Source: Minisyncoccota bacterium (lineage in GTDB: Bacteria; Patescibacteriota; Minisyncoccia; Phycocordibacterales; UBA9973). From it: DNA of 64,000 nucleotides. The DNA is taken from positions 2,320 through 66,319 of the forward strand of contig JBAYHJ010000005.1 in NCBI GenBank assembly GCA_041666225.1. The letters run 5' to 3'. The notes under the pieces are model-generated. The model was not told where the DNA came from. It saw only the letters and a list, made by a program, of their open reading frames with translations, and did no database searches. This document shows, piece after piece, positions 40,146 through 48,117 of the stretch (positions within the stretch are counted from its first letter, which is position 1; every line of letters begins with the position of its first letter). The translations under genes were made by a program, and so were the position numbers.

Positions 40146-40184
40146 CCCCAATATCCTGACCCCAATATCCAATATCCAATATCT
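40140..40184. repeat. Right inverted doublet ctgaccccaat x2 plus aatatcc repeats
   Basis: ggctgaccccaatatcctgaccccaatatccaatatccaatatc; ggctgaccccaat is the exact reverse complement of 39435..39447. Confidence 0.6.
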
Positions 40185-40280
40185 CGAACCTATTGACTTT
40201 TTTGTGTAGTTTACGATATAATATAAACATAAATACGAAAAGGGATCCGAACGGTTAACTACCTAAGGAGCCCTTTTCTT

Positions 40281-40793
40281 TTATATGGAGATCTTATTTT
40301 TTATGTCTTTATTATCGAGATAATCAAACAACTCTCCTCCTAGACTTTTGTATAGAGATGAAGCAAATTTTTTATTTGGAAATAGTATTTTTTTAAGTTT
40401 GTTTTCTTCTATTAAAAAATCAACTAATAATTTATAATCACCATCTCCCGAAACTAAAACTATTTTATTAAAATCATTTTTTCTATATATTTTTTTCATT
40501 ATCTCAAAAACAATATCAGTATCAACATTACCTTTCTTTTTGCCGAGCATCGCTGGGTTGTGCTGTTTAAAGACTAAAATAAACCCGGCTTTTTGAATTT
40601 CTGAATATATTTCTTGATTTACTTCCTGTACATAACCTAGAAAATAATAAGCTTCTTTTACTCTATATTTTTTCTCTAAATAAACCTTGAATTTAAATAA
40701 ATTTACTTTCCATGAATTATCACTTAAGGTTGTTCCTAAATGTAAATTTTGACCATCTATAAAAGCTATATTATTTGTTTCAATATTTTCCAC
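40281..40793 (-). CDS. NYN-domain (LabA-like) predicted ribonuclease
   Basis: IDGQNLH ... GNVDTD ... LVSGDGDY acidic motifs of the NYN/PIN-like fold. Confidence 0.65.
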   Translation of the reverse strand: MENIETNNIAFIDGQNLHLGTTLSDNSWKVNLFKFKVYLEKKYRVKEAYYFLGYVQEVNQEIYSEIQKAGFILVFKQHNPAMLGKKKGNVDTDIVFEIMKKIYRKNDFNKIVLVSGDGDYKLLVDFLIEENKLKKILFPNKKFASSLYKSLGGELFDYLDNKDIKNKISI

Positions 40794-40932
40794 ATTTTTA
40801 TTATATCACATCATTTTAATTATTTATTATTTCCATCCGAACATCATCCCAAGTTTGGGACAAAATTAAGTGCTGTGAAAATAGGGTTATTTCTACTTGC
40901 AAATTTGGCTTTTTGGTGTTATTATTTCACCC

Positions 40933-41598
40933 ATGAATACATTAACCGCAATAAAGCGAAGTAAGGCAGATAAGCTTGCATCCGTACGAAGTAACGGTAT
41001 GGTACCAGCTGTTGTCTATGGCGCTCGTGTGGAAAACACTATGATTTCCGTGCCGAGTGTAGACTTCGTAAAAATATTAAAAATCGCAGGTGAATCAAGT
41101 ACAATAATTCTTGAATTAAAAGGCGATGAGACAAAAAAAGAAGCTGTTCAAAAGATAGATGTTCTTATTCACGATATGCAAGTCGACCCAATAAAAGGAT
41201 TTCCAATTCACGTTGACTTCCTTGCTATTGATATGAATAAGCCAGTTGAAGTAACTATTCCAGTAGAATTTATTGGAGTTGCTCCTGCTGAGAAAAATAG
41301 TCTTGGAGTATTAGTAAAAGTTATGCACGAAATTGAAATTGAAGCTCTTCCAAAAGATCTTCCTCATAATGTAACAATAGATGTATCTATACTTGAAGTT
41401 TTAGATGCTCAAATTCACATTAAAGATATCAAACTACCAAAAGGAGTAAAAATGATAACAGATGGAGAAGAAGTTATTGCTCTTATTTCTGCTATTAAAG
41501 AAGAAGTTGTTGAAACCGCTCCTGTAGATCTTTCTGCTATTGAAGTAGAAAAGAAAGGAAAGAAAGATGAAGTAGTGGATGAAGAAAAAGCTGCTTAA
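40933..41598 (+). CDS. rplY: 50S ribosomal protein L25 (Ctc form); start at ATG 40933, the ORF track extends to 40897
   Basis: LTAIKRSKADKLASVRSNGMVPAVVYG N-terminal L25 motif plus Ctc C-terminal domain and acidic tail. Confidence 0.8.
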   Translation: MNTLTAIKRSKADKLASVRSNGMVPAVVYGARVENTMISVPSVDFVKILKIAGESSTIILELKGDETKKEAVQKIDVLIHDMQVDPIKGFPIHVDFLAIDMNKPVEVTIPVEFIGVAPAEKNSLGVLVKVMHEIEIEALPKDLPHNVTIDVSILEVLDAQIHIKDIKLPKGVKMITDGEEVIALISAIKEEVVETAPVDLSAIEVEKKGKKDEVVDEEKAA

Positions 41599-41620
41599 TA
41601 TTAAAATATATTAAATAAAA

Positions 41621-41653
41621 GCCCCATTCTGATTTATCAGAATGGGGCTTTTA
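41621..41653 (+). terminator. Rho-independent terminator after rplY
   Basis: gccccattctga-tttat-cagaatggggc followed by TTTTAT. Confidence 0.55.
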
Positions 41654-41669
41654 TGATACAATAGAGTTT

Positions 41670-43046
41670 ATGAGTTTTCATTTTAAAAAAGGTTTTTCGA
41701 TTGTAATTATTGCCATCTTTATACTTGGAGCTATATCCTATCATATACCAGTGATCAGGGCCGATGTTGTATTGGATAATGCTCAAGCAGATAAGGCTAG
41801 ACTTGAAGCAGAATTATCTAAATTAGAACAAGAAATAGCTGCAAAGCAAAAAGAATTAGAGGGTCAAAAAGGTAAATCTGTTTCGATTTCTCGAGATATT
41901 TCTATCCTCACTGCTCAAATTCAAAAATCTAAACTAGATATTAAGGCAAAAAATTTAGTAATTCAAAAATTAGGAGGTGAGATTAATGCAAAAAGTAAAA
42001 AAATTGAAGCATTATCTACTAAAATAGATAGAGAAAAGGAATCATTAGCTCAATTAATAAGAAAAGAAAGACAAATAGATGATAAGTCTATTCTTTCCTT
42101 GATTTTATCTCAAGACAACATTTCAGATGCTTATGGAGATATTGATACTTTTGCCTCTATCAAGCAAGGTATTCAAGATTCAGTTAATGAAATTCGTGGA
42201 GTTAGAGTTCTTACACAATCAGAGAGAAAAAATCTTGAAGAAAAAAGGAATCAGGAAACAGATACTAAATATGAACTTGAAAGTGCTAAGGCAAAAGTAG
42301 AACTTAGTGAAGCAGAAAAAAAGACACTTTTAAGTATTAGTAAAAACAAAGAATCAGAATACCAAAAAGTTCTGACCGAAAAAGCAAAAAGGCGTACTGA
42401 AATACTTGCTGCAATATTCAATCTTGTGGGGGGCTCAACAAAAATCAATTTTGAAACTGCACTTATCTATGCAAAAGAAGCTCAAAAACTATTTGGTATT
42501 GATCCAGCATTTTTGCTTGCAATATTAACTCAAGAGACAAATCTTGGTTCTAATGTTGGTCAATGTTATCTTACTGATATAAAGACTGGGGCAGGAGTTG
42601 GTATGAATACTGGTAAAGCATTTCCAAATGTGATGAAGCCAATGGGACTGGCAGGAAGAAAAGGTGATATCGATGATTTCTTTGCAATAACAACAGCACT
42701 AGGAAGAGATCCATTTAAAACCAGGGTATCTTGTCCTATTGCTGGAGTAGGAGGTTATGGTGGAGCTATGGGGCCCGCCCAATTCATTCCTTCTACTTGG
42801 GGTGGATATAAGAGTAGATTAAAATCTCTATTGGGGCACGATGCAGACCCATGGAATCCAAAAGATGCATTTATGGCTTCAGCAATGCTTCTTACAGACA
42901 AGGGAGCTATTGGTAATAATGCAAGTGTACAACACATAGCAGCGTGTAAATATTACGGAACAGGAGGCTCTACTTGTTCTTATAGTAACAGTGTGATGAA
43001 ATTAAAGATTGGAATTCAAAATAATATAGATCTATTGCAAGATTAA
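41670..43046 (+). CDS. Lytic transglycosylase (MltB-like C-terminal domain) with signal peptide and long N-terminal coiled coil
   Basis: C-terminal AMGPAQFIPSTW motif of MltB-family lytic transglycosylases; N-terminal heptad region homologous to that of the M23 peptidase at 25189. Confidence 0.7.
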   Translation: MSFHFKKGFSIVIIAIFILGAISYHIPVIRADVVLDNAQADKARLEAELSKLEQEIAAKQKELEGQKGKSVSISRDISILTAQIQKSKLDIKAKNLVIQKLGGEINAKSKKIEALSTKIDREKESLAQLIRKERQIDDKSILSLILSQDNISDAYGDIDTFASIKQGIQDSVNEIRGVRVLTQSERKNLEEKRNQETDTKYELESAKAKVELSEAEKKTLLSISKNKESEYQKVLTEKAKRRTEILAAIFNLVGGSTKINFETALIYAKEAQKLFGIDPAFLLAILTQETNLGSNVGQCYLTDIKTGAGVGMNTGKAFPNVMKPMGLAGRKGDIDDFFAITTALGRDPFKTRVSCPIAGVGGYGGAMGPAQFIPSTWGGYKSRLKSLLGHDADPWNPKDAFMASAMLLTDKGAIGNNASVQHIAACKYYGTGGSTCSYSNSVMKLKIGIQNNIDLLQD

Positions 43047-43073
43047 TAAATTCATGATAATATCACAAAACAT

Positions 43074-43292
43074 ATGAAAAAAGATATACACCCAAAATAT
43101 AATAATAAATCAGAAGTAACTTGCGCATGTGGAGCAACTTTCCCAGTTGGTTCAACAATGGATAAAATTAATGTTGAAATATGCAGTCAATGTCATCCTT
43201 TCTATACCGGAAATGAAAAAGTTCTAGATACAGCCGGACGTGTTGATCGCTTCAAAAAGCGTGCCGCAGCAGGTGCAAAAGCAAAGAAATAA
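43074..43292 (+). CDS. rpmE: 50S ribosomal protein L31
   Basis: MKKDIHPKY...CxC...CxxCHPFYTG zinc ribbon. Confidence 0.85.
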   Translation: MKKDIHPKYNNKSEVTCACGATFPVGSTMDKINVEICSQCHPFYTGNEKVLDTAGRVDRFKKRAAAGAKAKK

Positions 43293-43302
43293 CTTTCACA
43301 AA

Positions 43303-43332
43303 ACCTCCTCCTTTTAAGGGGGGAGGTTTTTT
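43303..43332 (+). terminator. Rho-independent terminator after rpmE
   Basis: aacctcctcc-tttta-aggggggaggtt followed by TTTTTT. Confidence 0.5.
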
Positions 43333-43340
43333 GGATTAAT

Positions 43341-43420
43341 TCCTCCCCTCCTTACCAAGGAGGGGAATGAGGGGAGGTCAATTAATTAAGAGACCCCCTC
43401 CCCTTGTTAAGGGGAGGGGG
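43341..43420 (+). promoter_or_regulatory. GC-rich polypurine/polypyrimidine hairpin pair with alternative pairing potential, upstream of prfA
   Basis: cccctcctt-acc-aaggagggg (43345..43365), competing gaggggagg (43369..43377), perfect ccccctcccc-ttgttaa-ggggaggggg (43394..43420). Confidence 0.4.
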
Positions 43421-43448
43421 AATACAAACCTTGTGCTATAATATTTTT

Positions 43449-44417
43449 ATGCAACTAGACTTAGAACAATTAAAAAAAGACCACAAAACTAGTTACTTTG
43501 CTATGGAGTACGAGCGTCTTTTGAGTGAAGAGAAAAAAGTTAATGATATGCTAACTGAAGACGAAAGTTTACGAGATCTAGCAGAAGAAGAAATTCAAAA
43601 TATAAAATTTCAAAAAGAAGCCATCGAAAGACAATTAGAAGAAATGTCAAAAAGAGAAGAGGAAGAAGAGGAATTTCCAAATGAAATTATTCTTGAAGTT
43701 CGTGCTGGTGCAGGAGGCGATGAAGCATCTCTCTTTGCATGGGAACTCGCACATATGTATGAAAGATTTGCAGAAAAAAATAAATGGAACTGGAAAATAC
43801 TAAATGAATCTCTAAGTAGTGCTGGTGGTTACAAAGAAGCTTCAATCGAAATAAAAGGGAAAGATGTTTACAAACTTCTCAGATATGAGACAGGTGTTCA
43901 TCGGGTTCAACGTATTCCTGCTACAGAAAAAAATGGCAGAATTCATACTTCGACAGCTTCTGTCGCAGTACTTCCTTTAAAAAAGAAAACTACAATTATT
44001 ATAAATCCTGCAGATTTAGAAATAGAATACTCACGTTCAGGTGGAGCTGGTGGCCAAAATGTGAATAAAGTCGAAACAGCTGTTCGTCTTATTCATAAAC
44101 CAACAGGTGAGGATGTTCGCTGTACCACAGAAAGAACTCAACTTGGTAATAGAGAAAAAGCCATGATGATGCTCACTTCAAAACTTCAAATGATTAAAGA
44201 TGAAGAAGATGCAAAGAAATATTCAGGCGATAGAAAGGCGCAAATCGGCACAAACGACCGAAGTGAAAAAATCCGTACCTATAATTTTCCCCAAGATAGA
44301 ATCACTGATCATCGTATTAAACAGTCTTGGTCAAATATCCCAATCATAATGGAAGGGAACATAAATAAAATCATTGAAGCACTTTCTTCTGGAGTAATGG
44401 GGGAAGAGGAAGAATAA
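43449..44417 (+). CDS. prfA: Peptide chain release factor 1 (start at ATG 43449; the ORF track TTG-extended to 43404)
   Basis: GGQ motif ([10 protein letters not shown]), RF1-type tripeptide PAT in [15 protein letters not shown]. Confidence 0.85.
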   Translation: MQLDLEQLKKDHKTSYFAMEYERLLSEEKKVNDMLTEDESLRDLAEEEIQNIKFQKEAIERQLEEMSKREEEEEEFPNEIILEVRAGAGGDEASLFAWELAHMYERFAEKNKWNWKILNESLSSAGGYKEASIEIKGKDVYKLLRYETGVHRVQRIPATEKNGRIHTSTASVAVLPLKKKTTIIINPADLEIEYSRSGGAGGQNVNKVETAVRLIHKPTGEDVRCTTERTQLGNREKAMMMLTSKLQMIKDEEDAKKYSGDRKAQIGTNDRSEKIRTYNFPQDRITDHRIKQSWSNIPIIMEGNINKIIEALSSGVMGEEEE

Positions 44418-44418
44418 C

Positions 44419-44443
44419 ATCGTGAGGCAAGACCTCACGATTT
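44419..44443 (+). terminator. Candidate terminator hairpin after prfA (weak U-tract)
   Basis: atcgtgagg-caaga-cctcacgat then ttt. Confidence 0.4.
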
Positions 44444-44467
44444 AACGTTGAATCTACCCCAGCAAAT

Positions 44468-44496
44468 ATTGACAAATATGTTGTAATATGCTATAC
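44468..44496 (+). promoter_or_regulatory. Near-consensus sigma70 promoter with extended -10, reading rightward into IS30 copy 2
   Basis: TTGACA (44468..44473), 17-nt spacer, tgc-TATACT (44488..44496). Confidence 0.5.
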
Positions 44497-44530
44497 TATA
44501 TAGAGTAGTATAGTTCCTACAGGACGGGCT

Positions 44531-45563
44531 CAATCCGAACACTCACATTTCTCCATTAAGGAGTTTTTTTTGTTTTAAATACTCTTGTAGTACTTCATAT
44601 GGGGTCTTGTAATTCAAGCATTTCATAGATCTTCTATTAAGTTTCTCTTCTAAGGAATGAATTTGTTCATCGGAATATTTAGAAAGGTCTTTACCCTTAG
44701 GAATATCTCGACGAATGTATTTATTCGCATTCTCAACCGTTCCTTTCTCCCATGAATGATATGGATGACAGAAATACAAAGGAACATTTAAAAGATTAGA
44801 AAGTTCTTTATGTTTTCTAAATAATATATCATTATCAAGAGTTATACTTTTCATATATGGATATTGTTTCTGTATCCCCATTAATGCATCATGAACATTT
44901 AAAATATTTACAACTTTAATTAATGCCAAAAATGCCATTCGACTCCTCCTATCAACCACTACAAGTAGAATTCCACTACCTCCTTTCCCTGAAACAACAA
45001 AGTCTGCTTCCATATCACCAAATCTAATTCTATCATTGATATATTTAGGTCTTTCATCAATGAAAACTCGATCAAGTAGTGTTGGATGAATTACAATTCT
45101 CTTCCGTCTTCTTTGTTTCTTCTTCTGTCTATATACCTCAATTTTTCTTCCATATATACTATTAATATATCGATAGATACTATCTTTAGAAACTGATATA
45201 TCAAATGACTCTTGAGTGTTAATTCTTCCAGCAATTACTTCTGGTGATTGATCATCATACAATTTGTTATCTACAAAGGATTGTATCTCTTTATTCGATA
45301 CTATCTTCATTCCTTGATACTTACTATCCTTTCTTCTAACATATGCCTTATGATTTGCTTTCCTAGCATCATATATTCCTTCAATTGAATTTCTCTTTAA
45401 TTCATCACTGATACTTGAAACACTTCGTCCGAGTGTTTTCGAGATGTCTCTTAAAGAATATCCTTTTTCTTTTAACAGGAATATTTCATCCCTTTCACTT
45501 TTAGAAAGATGCGAGAACTTTTTGTTTTTTTCATTTGTTTATTATATCAAAGTGTTCGGATTC
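44531..45563 (-). mobile_element. Second, divergent IS30-family element (about 1030 bp) with 12-13-bp inverted repeats
   Basis: IRs caatccgaacact (44531..44543) and agtgttcggatt (45551..45562); core GAACACT shared with copy 1. Confidence 0.7.
44543..45534 (-). pseudogene. IS30-family transposase split by a frameshift: ATG 45534 with HTH segment is -1 out of frame with the 255-aa DDE ORF (44543..45310) at an A7 run
   Basis: Minus-strand atgaaaaaaacaaaaagttctcgc; adding one A gives MKKNKKFSHLSKSERDEIFLLKEKGYSLRDISKTLGRSVSSISDELKRNSIEGIYDARKANHKAYVRRKDSKYQG continuous with MKIVSNKE...; aligns with N-terminus of the intact copy. Confidence 0.7.
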
Positions 45564-45688
45564 AGATGAGAAGTTAGGGTTCTTTAATATTTTGATTTGA
45601 TTGTTTAATTTTATTAGGTTTTCTTAGTTTCTTTATGGAAATTGAGAAAACCTAATAAATAATTTATAAACAATTAATACTTAGAAAA

Positions 45689-46192
45689 ATGGAAAAGTTA
45701 GAAAATGTAATAACAGAAAAAGCCCTAACAGAACAAGAAGTCATTAATTTGATAAAAGAATTTTCTGAAAAATCATCTGCAGTAATTAACTATGATAAAT
45801 CATTACTTCAAACGATTCATGGAAAAAGACTCCGGATAAACGACGTGGATATTAATGACGAAAATTTTCCAAGTGAGCAATCATTAAAAGGAGAAGTTGT
45901 AATCCTAACTAAACTATTCGCCCGAAAAGATGCGGGGGAAAGTTGTTCTCAAATGATAGAGAGAATGAAAGAAGACGGGTATCATCCCGCAAGTATTATT
46001 GAACTTATTTCATTAAATATATCTGAATACCATAGGCAATTTCATATATATGCGTATGGGTCTGTATTTAAAAACAGGAGACAATATTATGTCTACCCGT
46101 TTATACAGTTAAATGAAGTAGGATTAACGAACCTCTCAACATATTTAAGCGAAAATGATCGTTTGCTGGGAGTTTGCAGGATAATAAAATAA
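45689..46192 (+). CDS. Hypothetical protein, 167 aa
   Basis: Clean ORF with terminator downstream; no motif recognised. Confidence 0.4.
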   Translation: MEKLENVITEKALTEQEVINLIKEFSEKSSAVINYDKSLLQTIHGKRLRINDVDINDENFPSEQSLKGEVVILTKLFARKDAGESCSQMIERMKEDGYHPASIIELISLNISEYHRQFHIYAYGSVFKNRRQYYVYPFIQLNEVGLTNLSTYLSENDRLLGVCRIIK

Positions 46193-46211
46193 ATACCACT
46201 AATTAATAAAC

Positions 46212-46245
46212 AATGGGAGACTCATAAAAGTCTCCCATTTTTATT
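46212..46245 (+). terminator. Rho-independent terminator
   Basis: aatgggagact-cataaaa-agtctcccatt followed by TTTTATTT. Confidence 0.55.
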
Positions 46246-46296
46246 TATCTAAAATACTCATTCGAACTTCCATTCAAATTCAGAGGAAAATTTTTC

Positions 46297-46325
46297 TTGC
46301 ATTATATTTATATATCTGTTATAAT
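46297..46325 (+). promoter_or_regulatory. Candidate sigma70 promoter with extended -10 for the RRM protein gene (about 155-nt leader)
   Basis: TTGCAT, 17-nt spacer, tgt-TATAAT. Confidence 0.4.
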
Positions 46326-46486
46326 TTCGCCAGTAGTTAGCTTATGTTTTGGTATTAATTTCATCCTTCGTTGTGTTAAACATTGAGGTATGTAAATGAA
46401 ATCGAGCTTTGCGATTACATTTATAAATTAGTTTTCTTCAATTAGTGGATATGAAAGTATCGCTAAAAGAAGCACAATTGTCATAT

Positions 46487-46765
46487 ATGGCAAAAAAGTT
46501 ATATGTTGGTGGTCTTCCTTATAAGACTACAAACGATGAGCTCAAAGCTCATTTCAGTGCTGCAGGAGCGGTTGCTTCAGCAACAATTATCATGGATAAG
46601 ATGACAGGTCGTTCTAAAGGTTTCGGTTTCGTAGAAATGGAAAACGATGCTGATGCAACAACTGCTATCTCAATGTTTGATGGTAAAGATTACGATGGTC
46701 GCAATCTTACTGTAAATGAAGCTCGTCCAATGGAAGAACGCCCACGTGGTAGTTTCCAAAGATAA
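46487..46765 (+). CDS. RRM-type RNA-binding protein (start at ATG 46487)
   Basis: RNP2 LYVGGL and RNP1 KGFGFVEM; 92 aa, glycine-poor C-tail. Confidence 0.8.
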   Translation: MAKKLYVGGLPYKTTNDELKAHFSAAGAVASATIIMDKMTGRSKGFGFVEMENDADATTAISMFDGKDYDGRNLTVNEARPMEERPRGSFQR

Positions 46766-46783
46766 TCTATCTTAATTAAATTA

Positions 46784-46810
46784 AAAAACTCCCCAAAAGG
46801 GAGTTTTTTA
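46784..46810 (+). terminator. Rho-independent terminator after the RRM gene
   Basis: actcccc-aaaa-gggagt followed by TTTTTTAAT. Confidence 0.55.
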
Positions 46811-46868
46811 ATTGCAATAACTCAATATTTTTGATATAGTCTATCTGTATTATTACGTATAACCATAT

Positions 46869-46941
46869 GCGTGTGTAGTTCAGTGGTAGAACGCTGTCCT
46901 GATAAGACAGAGGTCCTTGGTCCGATTCCAAATACCGTTGC
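46869..46941 (+). tRNA. tRNA-Ile(GAT)-like sequence: canonical acceptor-5', D-arm and anticodon arm, but T-arm/acceptor-3' do not fold (probable truncated tRNA / attachment-site remnant)
   Basis: GCGTGTG-TA-GTTC-AGTGGTA-GAAC-G-CTGTC-CTGATAA-GACAG then AGGTC CTTGG TCCGATT CCAAA TACCGTT; no CACACGC acceptor complement; immediately upstream of integrase. Confidence 0.45.
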
Positions 46942-47063
46942 GAACAAAGGCGTTTCTAAACATTAAAAGGGAGATAGGACACACTTCCGCAGAACAGTGT
47001 TCCGCGGCTCAGCTCAAAATTCGTTAAAAATTTAAAAAAACACTACATAAAATAGGAGTGTTT

Positions 47064-47957
47064 ATGGACATTAAAATGTTAGCAGAGAGGTTTTATAATC
47101 ACTCGTTACACATCCGTGGTTTCTCTAAGAATACGGTAAATAGATATAAAAGTATTATAGATCCGTATTGTGAATATTCTAATATATCAGAAATAGAACA
47201 GGTTTCAGAAAAAAACATAAGACAGATGTTTTTTTATGGTCGCACAGAGAGGAAGTGGTGCTCAGGAACTTTTATTTGCAACTACAAGGCACTTAAGGTG
47301 TTTTTTGACTGGTGTATCAAGGAAGGACATATCAAAAATAATCCTATGAAGTGTTTGGAGTTGCCCAAGCTAGAGAAACGATTACCACTAAAGTTAACAA
47401 AACAAGAGTCATCAAAATTATTGGAAGTAGTTTTTAATTATCCTTATGATTATGAATATTTAAGATATAGGAATTACGCAATTTTCTCACTTTTTTTATT
47501 TGCTGGACTTAGAAGGGCTGAGTTATTAAAATTGAAATTAACGAATATCGATATTGAGAATCAGACTATCTATATATCTCTAGGAAAGGGCAACAAGGAC
47601 AGGATTATTCCAATGAACTTTACTCTTACTGAAACCTTAAAAAGATATTTAGTGGAACGCAAAAGATTAAACAAAACATGCCCAGAGTTCTTTTGTTCTC
47701 TAAATCGTAACATGGGATATACAAATAATGGACTCAGGCGATTAGTAAAACAAATAAGAGAAGCATCTGGAATTAACTTCGCATGTCATAAACTTCGTCA
47801 TACTTTTGCTACGCTCCTTTTAGAAAATGGGTCAGATATTTATAGTATTTCTCGACTAATGGGCCATAGTGATATAAAGACGACTACAATCTATTTATAT
47901 GCCTCTGTAGAGCATTTAAGGGCACAGATGAGTAAACATCCACTAAACACAATATGA
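47064..47957 (+). CDS. int: Tyrosine recombinase / phage-type integrase (ATG 47064 preceded by aggag; track GTG at 47058)
   Basis: C-terminal catalytic HKLRHTFATLLLENGSDIYSISRLMGHSDIKTTTIYLY (H..R..H..Y), upstream R in LLFAGLRRAEL. Confidence 0.85.
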   Translation: MDIKMLAERFYNHSLHIRGFSKNTVNRYKSIIDPYCEYSNISEIEQVSEKNIRQMFFYGRTERKWCSGTFICNYKALKVFFDWCIKEGHIKNNPMKCLELPKLEKRLPLKLTKQESSKLLEVVFNYPYDYEYLRYRNYAIFSLFLFAGLRRAELLKLKLTNIDIENQTIYISLGKGNKDRIIPMNFTLTETLKRYLVERKRLNKTCPEFFCSLNRNMGYTNNGLRRLVKQIREASGINFACHKLRHTFATLLLENGSDIYSISRLMGHSDIKTTTIYLYASVEHLRAQMSKHPLNTI

Positions 47958-48117
47958 ATACGAAAATACCCCCTTTTACGTTAAGGAGGTATTCGTTCGA
48001 AGAAAACACAGGGGGGATAAGAGGGTAAATTTCTATTCATATGTCAGAATTTTTATATTTATATATAAAATATTTAATTATTGTATATAGTAGTTTAAAA
48101 TTACCTTCTTATCCATC

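Noticed and set aside
43404-43448. TTG-initiated N-terminal extension of prfA, and the possibility that this is prfB with a programmed +1 frameshift
   Set aside because: The extension would start inside the 10-bp G:C hairpin. The protein has the RF1-type PAT tripeptide rather than SPF. No in-frame UGA/CUU-UGA shift site was seen.
46987-47007. Palindrome ccgcagaacaGtgttccgcgg as an IS30 IR-IR (circle) junction, because it shares GAACA with the IS30 inverted repeats
   Set aside because: In a real junction the outer termini (aagca.../aatcc...) would abut. Here the interior-proximal GAACA halves face each other. More likely an integrase/att core or an operator.
46869-47057. Interpreting the aberrant tRNA-Ile 3' half as an intron-containing functional tRNA
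   Set aside because: No CACACGC acceptor complement was found within the next about 120 nt and there are no bulge-helix-bulge-like flanks. Truncation at an integration junction is the simpler reading. Left as an uncertain tRNA feature.
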